Shown here: piece by piece, positions 49,499-60,930 of the stretch
Numbering within the stretch: position 1 is the first letter of the stretch
Layout of the letters: each line of letters opens with the position of its first letter
Origin: an uncultured Actinomycetota bacterium
GTDB taxonomy: Bacteria; Actinomycetota; Actinomycetes; JAHEKZ01
Direction of reading: 5' to 3'
Assembly: GCA_963743915.1 (NCBI GenBank)
Contig: CAVURN010000005.1
Location: 384,001 to 448,000 of the forward strand
DNA: 64,000 nt
The notes under the pieces: generated by a model
What the model saw: only the letters and a program-made list of their open reading frames with translations
The model's database searches: none
Told to the model about the DNA's origin: nothing
Made by a program: the position numbers and the translations under genes

Positions 49499-51022
49499 AT
49501 GCTCGGTAGCCGTCTCACGCACCTGATGCTGATCGTGTCGACCACCACCGCCCTGCTGCTGAGCGCCTGTACGTCCGAGCCTGACGACGAAGCACCACCA
49601 CAGGTAGGTGAGCCGATGGAGCTGAGCGTCCTCGTCTACAACATCGAGTACAGCGGGGACAAGTCGACCGACGCCGTCATCGAGGACCTCGATGCAGACA
49701 TCGTGGGCGTGCTGGAGTCGTACAACCGGCTGCCCGAGATCGCCGAGAAGACGGGCTACCCCTACTACAACGTCGGGCTTCAGCTGCTCTCGAAGTTCCC
49801 GATCCACGAACCTTCCGGCGCGGAAGGGCTGTACGCGCTGATCGAGGTCCAGCCGGGCTACGCCGTGGCGTTCTTCAACACCCACCTCGACTACGTCAAG
49901 TACGGGCCGAAGCTGCTGCTGGACGGGATGCCGATGGAGCAGGTTCTGGCATCCGAGGACGAGGTCCGCACCGACTCCATCAGGATCCAGACCCCCGACA
50001 TGCAGAATCTCGTGGATGCCGGGTCCCCGGTCTTTCTCACCGGTGACTTCAACCAGCCCTCGAGCCTGGACTACACCGAGGAGACCATCGGGATGCGCCA
50101 AGGCATCACCGAGGCGGTCCCGTGGACCGTCAGCGAGGCCCTCTTCGAGGTCGGCATGCGTGACACCTTCCGAGAGATCCACCCCGACCCCGTGAAGAAC
50201 CCGGGCATCACCAAGGACAACCCGGACTTCCGTGCGGGCGGCTTCGGCGACCGCATCGACTACGTCTACGCGGGTGGACCGGTCACCACGCTCGACAGCA
50301 AGCTCGTCGGCGAGAAGGGCGGCCCCGACGTCGAGCTCGGGTACCAGCCCTGGACCTCCGACCACCGCGCCGTCCTGTCGACCTTCGAGCTGGCACCGGT
50401 CGCGCTGCCGACGACCGTCTCGCTCGACCGGCGGCTGCTGACCGAAGGCGAGGATCTCGGCGTCCTCTACAACGCACCCGCCACTGGTGAGGACGGCGGC
50501 GAGAACACGATCGCGATCGTTCCTGAAGGCGGCACGGCCGACGACGCACTCGAGTCGACGTCCGTCGGCGCGAAGGGAACGACCACGTTCAGCACGGCGG
50601 ACCTCGAACCGTCCGGGTACGAGATCGTCATGCTGGACGCGGAGGGCAGCGAGCTCGGACGCAATGCGTTCTGGGTGCGGTCACTGGAGGAGGACGTCAG
50701 CCTCTCGACCGACAAGCGGTCCTACGCGGTCGGTGAGCCGATCACGATGTCCTGGGACGACGGCCCAGCCAATCGATGGGACTGGATCGGCGTCTATCGC
50801 GCGGACGCCTCGAACCCGCGACAGGACGACTACCTGCTCTGGGGATACACCGGCGGACACGAGGCGGGCGCACTTCCACCGACGGTGTTCGGCGAGATGA
50901 CCCTCGGGCCCGACTCACAGGGCAAGCCGTGGCCGCTGCCGCCGGGCGACTACCACCTTCACTACCTGCTCGCCGACCAGTACAACTCCGCCGGCTTCAT
51001 CGAGATCACGGTCGAGGAGTAG
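49499..51022 (+). CDS. Endonuclease/exonuclease/phosphatase-family lipoprotein with C-terminal beta domains
   Basis: LLSAC lipobox, YNI, NTHLD, GDFN, RIDYVY, SDHRAV. Confidence 0.88.
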   Translation: MLGSRLTHLMLIVSTTTALLLSACTSEPDDEAPPQVGEPMELSVLVYNIEYSGDKSTDAVIEDLDADIVGVLESYNRLPEIAEKTGYPYYNVGLQLLSKFPIHEPSGAEGLYALIEVQPGYAVAFFNTHLDYVKYGPKLLLDGMPMEQVLASEDEVRTDSIRIQTPDMQNLVDAGSPVFLTGDFNQPSSLDYTEETIGMRQGITEAVPWTVSEALFEVGMRDTFREIHPDPVKNPGITKDNPDFRAGGFGDRIDYVYAGGPVTTLDSKLVGEKGGPDVELGYQPWTSDHRAVLSTFELAPVALPTTVSLDRRLLTEGEDLGVLYNAPATGEDGGENTIAIVPEGGTADDALESTSVGAKGTTTFSTADLEPSGYEIVMLDAEGSELGRNAFWVRSLEEDVSLSTDKRSYAVGEPITMSWDDGPANRWDWIGVYRADASNPRQDDYLLWGYTGGHEAGALPPTVFGEMTLGPDSQGKPWPLPPGDYHLHYLLADQYNSAGFIEITVEE

Positions 51023-51024
51023 CA

Positions 51025-51060
51025 GTGGGCGGCGCGGGTTGAATGCACCCGCGCCGCCAC
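51025..51060. terminator. Hairpin between convergent genes
   Basis: GGCGGCGCGGGT / ACCCGCGCCGCC stem. Confidence 0.65.
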
Positions 51061-51065
51061 CGCAC

Positions 51066-52475
51066 TCAGCTGTTGACGACCTCGCGCCACGCCTGTTGAG
51101 ACGCCGAGTCGAGGAGGCGGAACTCTCCTCCGGGGACGAGCGAGTCGAAGTACGTGACGAACTCCGCGCCCTGGTCGGACAGGTGACGGCCGACACGTCG
51201 AAGCCAGTCAGCGCGGTCGGCACCGCCAGCGTCCCCTGGACGGAGCTTCGACCCGAGCTCAGCGATGCCGAACCCGACCCCGAAGTTCCGGGACGCCGCG
51301 ATGGCGCGGGAGAACATCGTCACCGGATCCAGGTAGTAGTCGGACTTGTTGTAGCAGTCCCATCCGATGGTCTCGACGACGTCGCGTCCCGGGAAGAAGT
51401 CGTTGAGCGACCGACCCGAGTTGGGGTTGGCGGTCCAGCACATGAGGATGACGGTGTTGTGCAGCGAGGGGTTGGCCGCCTGGTTGGCCAGTCCGGCGAT
51501 CCGCCGGTACGCCTCGCGCCACTGCTGCGCGGACATCTCACCGCGCTTCACGTCGTCCTCGGGCTCGTGCCAGTACGTCCACCAGATGTCACGGCCCTGC
51601 GGTGTGGACCGGAACCAGTTCAGCAGCTGGGCGTCGTACCGACCGGACAGCACCTGAGCCGGCGGGGCCTTGAACGAGACGACCACCGGTCGGTTGACGG
51701 CACCAGCGCGACCCGGCCAGCTGTCAGGAAGTCCTGGGTAGAACACGCGGACCACATCGAGGTTCCCGTACCGCTGGTCCGCCGCGGCTACCGCCGAGGA
51801 CCAGCTCTGCCCACCTTGGTAGACGCTCGCGCCGAACTTGGTGTCCGAGTCGGTACGCCCACTGGTGCCCTCGCCCGAACCGTCGGGTCGGACGGCAGGG
51901 CTGTCGATCGGGTTCAGGAACAGGTGGTCGACGAAGACGGGAGCGCCGGCCGGCAGCTTGGCGAACTCGACCGCCATCTGCAGCCGGCTGCTGCTCGACT
52001 CTGCGCGGTAGCGGAAGGCCACGCGCTGCCACTCGGTCCCGCTGAGGGTGAAGTCCGCCGATTGCGTGCCGATCTCCCGACCGTCACGCAGCTCGCGGAG
52101 TCGCAGTGCGCCGTGCACGGCGGGGTTCGACGAGCGGACGAAGACGACGGCTCGGTAGAGCTGGCCCTGCTGAGCATCCGGAAGACCCTGCCGCGGGTCG
52201 AGGAGCGTCACGTCCGCGGCGTCTGCCGACTCGATGCGCAACGCGAAGCGGCTGCCGACCGCGCCCGGGCTCGAGCGACTGACCTCCAGCTGACTCGCCG
52301 ATCTGATCTCCCACCCTTCGGCTCCCATGCGGAAGCCGGAGTGATCGAGCAGGTTGTCGCTGCCGCGTCCTGCTGACGACAGACCGTCGTTCACGACGAC
52401 CGCAAGACCTGCGACGACGGCGAACGCTGCGGTCACAGCGGCGACACGACGAAACGAAGCATTCAGCTGAGGCAT
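51066..52475 (-). CDS. Secreted CBM4/9-like plus GH26-like glycoside hydrolase
   Basis: Signal/anchor; CBM-like WQRVAFRY..VFVDHL; catalytic YWHEPED, GWDCYN, GIAELG. Confidence 0.7.
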   Translation of the reverse strand: MPQLNASFRRVAAVTAAFAVVAGLAVVVNDGLSSAGRGSDNLLDHSGFRMGAEGWEIRSASQLEVSRSSPGAVGSRFALRIESADAADVTLLDPRQGLPDAQQGQLYRAVVFVRSSNPAVHGALRLRELRDGREIGTQSADFTLSGTEWQRVAFRYRAESSSSRLQMAVEFAKLPAGAPVFVDHLFLNPIDSPAVRPDGSGEGTSGRTDSDTKFGASVYQGGQSWSSAVAAADQRYGNLDVVRVFYPGLPDSWPGRAGAVNRPVVVSFKAPPAQVLSGRYDAQLLNWFRSTPQGRDIWWTYWHEPEDDVKRGEMSAQQWREAYRRIAGLANQAANPSLHNTVILMCWTANPNSGRSLNDFFPGRDVVETIGWDCYNKSDYYLDPVTMFSRAIAASRNFGVGFGIAELGSKLRPGDAGGADRADWLRRVGRHLSDQGAEFVTYFDSLVPGGEFRLLDSASQQAWREVVNS

Positions 52476-52780
52476 GGAGACTCCACATCGTTGCGCGAGG
52501 AATGACAGACACAGCAAGGGAAATCTCGACTGTCTGCCCTGACGATGGCGTCTGGGCCGAGGGCTATGTGTCGTCAGGTCGCGGTGTGCGCCGACCTAGC
52601 CTCGCTCCGTGTTTCAGAACGCTTCGACCCTTGCCCACCTCACAGCGCAGGTCAATTTCCAGGCGTGTCGTGGGCGTGTCGCCCGCAAGATTTCTACAGA
52701 GAGTGGTGAGGCGTAGTCAGACAGTGGTGACGCGCGGCAGAAGTCGCGAGTGAGAGGTTCGTCCTACATGGGGCGATTCG

Positions 52781-55700
52781 TCAGCGTTGCTCTGCAGGCG
52801 ACTCGGCGTAGAACGCCCGACGCACCGGCTTGACCGGTCGCATGAGGAACTCCGGACGCCGCAGCCCCGACGCACTGGGACCGGGACGGGTCTTCGCGAG
52901 CCACTCGTGGAAGACCTCCGACGACTTCGCCGTGTCGACGACGACGTCTCCGTACTGGTCGTCGTCGTGTGCCTTCTCGACGCGCACCTTCTGGTGCCAG
53001 CAGTGCATGCCCGACCAGGGATCCGGGTGGACGCCGAACGCCAGGTTCTGGTGCACGCCCGGGTCGTCCCAGTAGATGCGCGAGGAGTCCGGGTCGTCGC
53101 TCGCGAAGGGCTTGACGCTGTCCTTGTAGCGAAGCCGCCAATCGCCCGTCCGGCATCTTGCCGACGTCGACCAGACCCATCACCCAGCGGCTTCCCGCGT
53201 TCTCGGTGTTGCGCCACCGTCCCATGTGGTGCGACAGCGCGATGACGCCGGGACGGATGGCCTCGGTCGCCCACACCCGCGCCACGAAGTGGCCGATCTC
53301 GGTGTTCACCCTGGCCAGGTCACCGGTCGCGAAGCCGAGCCGTCCGGCGTCCTCGGTGTTCATCCAGAGCGGGTGGGTGTTGGAGATCTCGTTGAGGTAC
53401 TTCGCGTTGCCCGAGCGGGTGTGGATCATCGTGGGCAGCCGGAAGGTCGGCATCAGGACCAGCTCGCCGCGGGAGCGGTCGAGCTCGCGGTGCCCGACGT
53501 GCGACTCGATGTAGCCCGGCGTCGCGTACTCCGGCCAGCCGAAGTCGACCATGGTCGGCGAGTAGAGCTCCAGTCGCGGGACGGCGTGAGCCAGCCGGCG
53601 ACCTGCGAGCCGTCCGCCAGCTGGACGCCCGACGGCACCGGCCTCGCCCACCAGGGGTGGGGTCGAGTCGAGCGTCGTGGGCTTGCGCAGCACGCCCTGC
53701 GGGTCGGCGCGTCGCACCGTCGAGCTCGGCGTCGGTGAGCGGGCGCTCGTCGAGCCGGTACATGTCCGTGCCCGAGCTCGAAGACGCCGTAGCTTGCGCA
53801 TGTACTCCAGCGGCGTCAGGCCCTGCTGCTGGGCCGCCTTCTCCGGCAGCCCGGGCACCTGGTTGTCGAAGACCCAGCCGTAGTAGTCGTCGACCGTCAC
53901 CTTCTCGCCCGGGTCGGTCCGGGGACTCGAAGTACTGGCGGATGCCGAGCGATCCGTCCGGGTCGATCCGCCACGAGAGCTCGAACCAGAACTCGTTCTC
54001 CTCCCAGACCTCGCCAGGGTTCGACTCACGCGAGTCGCTGACCGGCGTGCCCAGCCGCTCCATGGCGACCCGCCGCACGGGCTGGCGGAAGCCGATCCAC
54101 TTGCCGCCGTACTGTCTCGTACGACTGCGTGTCGTGCCGCTCGGGGCCGTGCCCCATGGGCAGGACGTAGTCGGCGAACATCGGCGGTCTCCGACCAGGT
54201 CGGCGTCAGGGCGACGTGCAGGCCGACCAGGCTCTCGTCGGTGAGGGCCTCGATCCAGGTGAAGCCGTCGGGGTTGGTCCAGATCGGGTTGTAGACCCGG
54301 GAGAAGTAGACCTCGAGCTTGCCGCGCCCCTCCTTCAGCAGGTGCGGCAGCAGGATCGACATCTCGTTGGTCGACAGCGGGTACTCCGGCGGCCAGAGCT
54401 TCTCGTTCCACTGGTCGTGGCCGCTCGGCATGTTCGGGCCGTGCGGGATGAACTTGTTCCATCCGTTGGGGCTGGTGCCCGCCCACGGTGCCGACGCTGC
54501 CGGTGAGCACGGTGAGGAAGAAGAGCGCACGCGCGACCATCCAGCCGCCAAGGTTGCCGGCCGTCGCGGCACGCCAGACGTGCGCCGCCAGGCGGCCCTC
54601 GGCGCCGGCCACCAGCTCGGCCAGCTCCTCGACCTGCTCGACCGGGATCTGCGCCTCCTGCGCGGCGTACTCGAAGGTGTACGGCGCGTACTCCTCGGTC
54701 AGCGCCCGCTGGAACGCCGCGAAGTCGCCGGGGTCGACGTCGGGGTGCAGCTCTCGCAGGTAGGTGTCCCAGTTGATCCACCGACGGACGTAGTCCCACG
54801 CCGACCTGGTCGGTGCGCAGCAGGTAGGACGCGATCGCCAGCAGGATCGCCGCCTCGCTGCCCGGCCAGGGGCTCATCCAGAGGTCGGCGTGCGAGGCGG
54901 TGTTCGACAGTCGCGGGTCCAGGACGACGAGCTTGGCGCCGCCCTTGACCTTGCCCTCCATGATCCGCTGGGCGTGCGGGTTGAAGTAGTGCCCCGTCTC
55001 GAGGTGGCTGGAGATGAGCAGGATCACCTCGCGCGTTCGCGTAGTCGGGCGACGGCCGGTCGTAGCCCCCCCACAGCGTGTAGCCGAGCCGCGCGCCCGC
55101 GGAGCAGATGTTGGTGTGGCTGTTGTGCCCGTCGACGCCCCAGGCCAGCAGCACCCGCTCGACGAAGCCGTCCTCACCGGGACGACCCACGTGGTAGATG
55201 ACCTCGTCGCGCCGGTCCTCCTCGATGGCCCTGCGGATCCGGGCGGCGATGTCGTCGAGCGCCTCGTCCCAGGTGACCGGCTCGAAGCTGCCGCTCCCGC
55301 GCTCCCCGACCCGCCGCAGCGGGTGAGGATCCGCTCGGGGTCGTTGACCTGGTTGACGGTCGCCGGGCCCTTCGCGCAGTTGCGACCGCGTGACCCGGGG
55401 TGCGCCGGGTTGCCCTCGAGCTTCTTGATCGACAGGTCGTCGTGGTCCACGTAGGCCAGCAGCCCGCAGGCCGACTCGCAGTTGAAGCAGGTGGTCGGGA
55501 CGAGCATGTAGTGCTTCTCGACCTTGCGAGGATGCGCCTTCGCGTCGTGCAGCGACGACGTCGTCCCACGACTCGACCGGCGGGAAGTTCGAGACGGTCT
55601 CACGGATCCGGAGGCCGAACGCCTCGGGAGCGGTGTCCTCGACGCGTGAGGCGGCTGGACCTGTCGGCGCTGGACCTGTCGGGGGGTGCGGGGTCATCAC
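52781..55700 (-). CDS. DMSO-reductase-family molybdopterin oxidoreductase catalytic subunit (multiple frameshifts)
   Basis: TTCFNCESACG...RNCAKG Fe-S motif, HTNICS, YNPIWTNPDG, IHTRSGN, TEAIRPG; no twin-Arg signal visible. Confidence 0.85.
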
Positions 55701-55706
55701 GGCTCC

Positions 55707-57232
55707 TCAGGACAGCGGGACGTCTTGCGCGGCTTTGACGAACACGGACTCGTACGCGAGGAGGGGCGACCTGCGCGAGCAGACCGACGGCGACGCCGAG
55801 CCAGGCCGACGCACCGAGTGCGACCGCGAGGCCACCCGCCAGGGCCACCAGCGACAGCAGGATGCCCACGAACCAGAACGTCTTCGCGTACCGACCGTGC
55901 GTGATGATGTGCGCCGCGACCTCGGCGTTGCGGGTGGAGTGCTTGCCGCCGAACTCGACGAGCAGCATCAGCAGGTGCGGCGGCGGTCCCGACGACGAAG
56001 GTCGCGGCAGTGGCCACCACGGTGGTCTCGGAGGCGTCGACGAACGGGGCGACGACGAGCATCGCGCCGGCGCCGACCATGAGCGCCTGGGCCTGCAGGT
56101 GCCAGAACAGCACCGGTGACTGCCAGAGGTCGCGACCCTCGGCCTGGCCGAAGAGGAACGCGGTGTACCCGGCCGTCATCACCGCTGCGGGGACGCCGAA
56201 CCAGGCCATGGCCTCGACGAGGCCGTCGGCACCGAACACGTACCCGAGGAACCAGACGCTGATCACGGCGCCGAAGGCCGAGCAGCACGATCGAACCGAG
56301 GGCGAGCCACGACGTCCAGTTGGGTTTGGTGAACAGGTAGTAGAAGCGGTCGGGTCGCTTGAGGTCCCAGATCGAGCAGGACGCCGGTGACCGACGGCGA
56401 ACAGCGCCCCCAGCACCGGCGCCACGACGCCGTTCAGCGCGTTCGGCCCTTCGACGAGCAGCAGCGAGGATCGCGGCCGTGAGCACCGCACCGGACGCGA
56501 TCGCCTTCGTCCAGAGGTAGGTCCACACCCGCCAGCCCCACGGACGCGGGTGCGCGGTGTTGAGCGTGGTGCGGGCGTTGGTCTTGGGGTCGACCGGCGA
56601 AGTCGTCCTGGTTCTCGAGGCGCTGCGGGTCGGGCTGGGCCCAGATGTAGGTGTCGTCGACGGGGGCGGCCAGCGGGTTCAGGACCGCCTCGCTCGCGCC
56701 CACGTAGAAGACGTTGGGCCCGGTCTTCTGCTCCGGGCGTCCGGGTCTGCACCGGTGTGATGCTGAGGAACTTGCGGATGCCGCTGTCGGGGTCGTCGAG
56801 GTCTCCCATCCAGATCGACTCGGTGGGGCACACCACCACGCAGGCCGGCTCGAGGCCCTGGTCGATGCGGTGGGCGCAGAAGTTGCACTTGGCGGCGGTG
56901 TGGGTGTCCTCGTCGATGTAGAGCGCGTCGTAGGGACACGCCTGCATGCAGCTCTTGCAGCCGATGCACCGCTCGCTGTCGAAGTCGACGATGCCGTCCT
57001 CGCGCTTGAACAGCGCCTGCGTCGGGCAGATCGCCACGCACGGGGCGTCGGTGCAGTGGTTGCACCGCATGACGCCGAACTCGCGGGTGGTCGCCGGGTA
57101 CTCGCCCTTGTCGACGTACTTCACCCAGGTGCGGAACTGCCCGAGCGGGATCTCGTGCTCGGTCTTGCAGGCCACCGTGCACGCGTGGCACCCGATGCAG
57201 GTCCGCTGGTCGATCGCGAAGCCGTACTGCAC
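55707..57232 (-). CDS. 4x[4Fe-4S] ferredoxin fused to an NrfD/PsrC-type membrane subunit (frameshifted)
   Basis: CIGCHAC, CNHCTDAPCVAICP, CIGCKSCMQACPY, KCNFC; then WGWRVWTYLWTK, DLKRPDRF, YTAFLFGQAEGRDLW. Confidence 0.85.
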
Positions 57233-57238
57233 CTCAGG

Positions 57239-57469
57239 TCACTTCTTCCGGATGGTGAAGGTGAAGACCGGTCCCTCGGTCTCGCTCTCCATGAGCTCGT
57301 AGCCCATGTCCCTGGCCCACGACGGGATGTCGCTCTTCGAGCCCGGGTCGGTGGCCTCGACCCGGATCACGCGGCCCGCCTCGACCGCGTCGATGCCCTT
57401 GCGTGCCAGCAGCACCGGCATCGGACACGACAGGCCCTTGGCGTCCACCACCGTGACGTCTTCCACCAT
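57239..57469 (-). CDS. tusA: TusA-family sulfur carrier
   Basis: VDAKGLSCPMP, ATDPGSKSDIPSW. Confidence 0.9.
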   Translation of the reverse strand: MVEDVTVVDAKGLSCPMPVLLARKGIDAVEAGRVIRVEATDPGSKSDIPSWARDMGYELMESETEGPVFTFTIRKK

Positions 57470-57524
57470 CTCGCTCCTCCTGACGGTCCTCGACCGGTTG
57501 TCGTCGGCGCCCAGGGCGCCCTCG

Positions 57525-58016
57525 CTAGATGAACAGCTGGATGTCCGACCGTGACATCTCGCTCAGCGCGGTCGCGGCACCCGCGGGCTCGCCGAGCCCT
57601 GGCCGCAGCTGGTCGGGCTTGATCCCCAGAAGGTCCATCGTCATCTGGCAGGGCCAGATCTTCACGCCCATGTCGAGACACAGCTGGAAGAGCTCCTCAG
57701 GGGGCATCACCTTGTGCTGACCGGCGAGCCTGCGCATCATCCACTTGCCCGCGCCACCCATGTTCAGCTTCGAGAGCTTGGCGCGCTGGAACCCGGGAGG
57801 GTTCATCCCCGCCAGCATCTTGGTCATGGCGTTGTCCCCGGTGATGCGGACATCGTCACGCACCAGAGGGAAGAGGCCCCAGAACGTGTGGAAGACCGTC
57901 ACGTCCATGTTGTAGGCCGCCGCGGTGGAGCTGAGGATCATGGTCGGCCAGAGCTTGTCGAGGTCGCCGCTGAAGGCGATGATCGTCATCTTGTCAGGGG
58001 TCTCGGTATCGGCCAC
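57525..58016 (-). CDS. DsrE2-family sulfurtransferase (DsrE/DsrF/DrsH-like)
   Basis: FSGDLDK, FHTFWGL, LSKLNMGGAG, CQMTMDLLGI. Confidence 0.88.
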   Translation of the reverse strand: MADTETPDKMTIIAFSGDLDKLWPTMILSSTAAAYNMDVTVFHTFWGLFPLVRDDVRITGDNAMTKMLAGMNPPGFQRAKLSKLNMGGAGKWMMRRLAGQHKVMPPEELFQLCLDMGVKIWPCQMTMDLLGIKPDQLRPGLGEPAGAATALSEMSRSDIQLFI

Positions 58017-58223
58017 GCCGCCTCCTCGAAAGAGGGCGCCACCGGGACGCCAGCTCCATTCACCTTAGTTGCGCACATGCGCATGAATCAAGAACTTCGG
58101 GTCGATTCGTCTCACGGTCCGCCCTTCGACTCTTCCCCGGGGACAATCGATGTATTAGCGTCTGCGCATGTAACTGGACCCCGCCGGGCACGGCGGGGGC
58201 TGATGGCCGCCTAGGAGGTTGCC

Positions 58224-59354
58224 GTGGCTCGGACCGTGACACCCACTGAGCTCTTCGCAGAGATCGAGCACGGCCACGTGCCGTACATCCTCGACGTCCG
58301 CAACCCCGACGAGTACGCCAGCTGGCAGGTCGAGGGAGCCCGCCCTGTCGAGACGCGCAACCTTCCGGTCTGGCGCGCACTCGACGACGTCGACGAGCTG
58401 TCCAGGACGCTGCCCGACAACAGCGTGCTGGTCTGTGCGCACGGCAACGGCAGTGAGCTGATCGTGGACATGCTGGCCGAAAGGGGCAAGCCGACCCGCA
58501 ACCTCGAGGGTGGGACTGCGGCGTGGGCCCAGCTGCTCGTGCCTCGTCCCCTGCCGGGTCTGCCGGAAGGGCTCGTCGGCTGGCAGATCCAGCGTCCGGC
58601 CAAGGCATGCCTGTCCTACGTCATCGGCGTCCCGGGACACGGCTGCGTGGTGGTGGACCCCGCGCGCTTCCCGGACTCCTACGTCGAGCTGGCCACCGAG
58701 CACGGCATGACGATCAAGCACGTCGTGGACACCCACGTCCACGCCGACCACGTGACAGGAGGGCCGGCACTCGCGGACGCGGTCGGCGCCACCTACTCGG
58801 TGCCGATGGAGGACACCGGAGGTGCCACTCCGTTCGAGAACCATCCGCTCGAGGACGGTCAGATGCTCGACCTCGGCCCCGTGTCGCTGCAGGTGCTCGG
58901 GATCAAGCTGCCGGGGCACACCCCTGGGACGACGTGCCTGCTCATTCCTGACCACGCGCTTCTCTCCGGTGACACCGTCTTCGTGCGAGGCGTCGGTCGT
59001 CCCGATCTCACGGGCAAGGCCGAGGAACTGGCGCGAGAGCTGTTCCACACCGTGCACGAGAAGCTGCGTCCACTCGACCCGGCGACGCAGGTGTTCCCTG
59101 CCCACTGGTCCAGTGCCGAGGAGATGGGCGCCGACGGTCTCGTCCGGACGACCATGGGAGAGGTCTTCGCCTCGACGCTGATGAACGAGGAGGATCTCGT
59201 GCGCTTCGTCACCGAGATCGTGGGGTCACTCCCCTCAGCCCCCTCGTTCTACGACACGATCCGCGAGGTCAACGCGGGGAAGGTCGTCACGGCCGAGGAG
59301 ATCGAGGTCCTGGAGATCGGCAAGAACCAGTGCGCCGCCTCCACCACTCTGTGA
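58224..59354 (+). CDS. Rhodanese plus metallo-beta-lactamase (persulfide-dioxygenase-like) fusion
   Basis: LDVRNPDEY..CAHGNGS rhodanese; CLSY, THVHADHV, PGHTPG, SGDTVF, PAH; ends GKNQCA. Confidence 0.88.
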   Translation: MARTVTPTELFAEIEHGHVPYILDVRNPDEYASWQVEGARPVETRNLPVWRALDDVDELSRTLPDNSVLVCAHGNGSELIVDMLAERGKPTRNLEGGTAAWAQLLVPRPLPGLPEGLVGWQIQRPAKACLSYVIGVPGHGCVVVDPARFPDSYVELATEHGMTIKHVVDTHVHADHVTGGPALADAVGATYSVPMEDTGGATPFENHPLEDGQMLDLGPVSLQVLGIKLPGHTPGTTCLLIPDHALLSGDTVFVRGVGRPDLTGKAEELARELFHTVHEKLRPLDPATQVFPAHWSSAEEMGADGLVRTTMGEVFASTLMNEEDLVRFVTEIVGSLPSAPSFYDTIREVNAGKVVTAEEIEVLEIGKNQCAASTTL

Positions 59355-59367
59355 GGACGTGCGACGG

Positions 59368-60930
59368 TCACGGCTCGTCGTCACCGAGGTGCGCGGCCAT
59401 CTCGGCCCGGCACTCGTCCGCGAGGTCATCGGCGAGCACGCGTGCGACGATGCGTCGTAGCTGGGGCGGCACGGAGCAGACCTCGGCGGTGATCCCTGCC
59501 TCCCGCACCTCGTCGAGCAGCGTGCTCAACGCCATCGCCCCGGTGACGTCGAGCCGACCGAGGCCCTCGAGCTCGACCCGCAGCCGTTCGGTGCCAGGGT
59601 GCTCGGCCAACAGGTTGTTGACGGCGTCCTCCAGGCCCGGAGCCGACGCGAAGTAGAGCACGCCCGACGGACGCACGTGCAGGACACCGTCCTCGTACTC
59701 CGCGGGCACCTGCAGGTGGAGCTCACGCCAGAGGTGGACGAGGGTCGCCATCCCGACACCGAGCAGCACGGCCAGGTCGAGGCGCGGGGCCAGCGCCAAC
59801 GAGGCGACGTACGTGACGGCAGCGGTCGCGAACTGGACGCGCCCCAGGCGCCAGAAGCCGAGCACCGGGCGGATGTCGACCAGCCGCAGCACCGATGCGA
59901 TCACGATTCCGGCGAGCACCGAGCGCGGCAGGTTCTCCAGCACCGCGGCGAAGGGGAGGAATGCCAGCACCAGCAGGCCGGCCACCAGCCCGCTCCACCG
60001 GGTGCGGGCACCGGCGAGCCGGTTCAGCGTGCTGCGCGAGAACGAACCGCCCACGGGGTATCCACCGGCCATCCCGGCGGCAAGGTTCGCGACGCCCTGC
60101 GAGACCAGCTCGCGGTCCGAGCTCCAGTGCTGCCGGTCCTCGGCGGCCAGCCGCCGCGAGATGGCGGCCGGTTCGGCGAAACCGACCAGGGCGATCACCA
60201 GGGCGGGCACGACCAGCTGCAGCGAGTCACCCCAGGGCAGGTCGAGCGGGTTCGGCACACCCGAGACGGAGACCGCACCCACCGTGGGGCCTCCCAGGTC
60301 CGTAGTTGCGGCGAGCACCACCGCTCCCCCGACCAGCAGCGGCACGATCGGGAACGTCGCCGGCAGACGTCGCACCAGCAGCATCGCCGCGACTGTGACG
60401 ACCGCCAGCACGACAGCCGACGGCGTCCACGCTCCCGGGTCGGCGAGGGCGTCGAACGCCGCCTGTCCGGGACGGTTGCTGTCGGGCGGCACACCGACGG
60501 CTGCGGGCACCTGGGAGAACACGATGAGCAGGGCGGCGGCCGCGGTGAACGCGGCGAGGACCGGTTGCGACATCAGGTACGCCAGGACGCCGCCACCCGA
60601 GATCCCGAGGACGAGCCGGATGACACCGACGAACAACGCCAGCAGTGCCGCGAGGGCCACGTAGCCCGGCGAGCCCGCCGCCGCGAGTCCGGTGAGGCCA
60701 CCCAGGACGAGCAGGGAGGTGATGGCGACCGGGCCGGTGGCCAAGTAGGGCGACGAGGCGAAGAAGGCCGCTCCCACCGGAGCGGCAACGGCTGCGAGGA
60801 GTCCGGTGGTCGGAGGCAGACCGGCGAGGGAGGCATAGGCGACCGCCTGCGGGATGAGCACGACGCCGACACTGAGCCCGGCGACCAGGTCACCGACGAC
60901 GGGCCGCGTAGGGACCTCGCGTCGTGCCAC
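59368..60930 (-). CDS. SulP-family anion transporter with STAS domain
   Basis: GDLVAGLSVGVVLIPQAVAYA, GGSFSRS, LYFASA. Confidence 0.9.
   Translation of the reverse strand: MARREVPTRPVVGDLVAGLSVGVVLIPQAVAYASLAGLPPTTGLLAAVAAPVGAAFFASSPYLATGPVAITSLLVLGGLTGLAAAGSPGYVALAALLALFVGVIRLVLGISGGGVLAYLMSQPVLAAFTAAAALLIVFSQVPAAVGVPPDSNRPGQAAFDALADPGAWTPSAVVLAVVTVAAMLLVRRLPATFPIVPLLVGGAVVLAATTDLGGPTVGAVSVSGVPNPLDLPWGDSLQLVVPALVIALVGFAEPAAISRRLAAEDRQHWSSDRELVSQGVANLAAGMAGGYPVGGSFSRSTLNRLAGARTRWSGLVAGLLVLAFLPFAAVLENLPRSVLAGIVIASVLRLVDIRPVLGFWRLGRVQFATAAVTYVASLALAPRLDLAVLLGVGMATLVHLWRELHLQVPAEYEDGVLHVRPSGVLYFASAPGLEDAVNNLLAEHPGTERLRVELEGLGRLDVTGAMALSTLLDEVREAGITAEVCSVPPQLRRIVARVLADDLADECRAEMAAHLGDDEP

Noticed and set aside
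55653-55682. Short tandem repeat GCTGGACCTGTCGG (two copies)
   Set aside because: Encodes a low-complexity PTGPA linker at the Mo-subunit N-terminus
52781-57232. Pseudogene or programmed-frameshift interpretation of the many broken ORFs (also at 87-6328 and 39-46.5 kb)
   Set aside because: Single-base indels are clustered by region, hit unrelated genes and leave the motifs intact, which fits sequencing or assembly error better. Reads are needed to decide.
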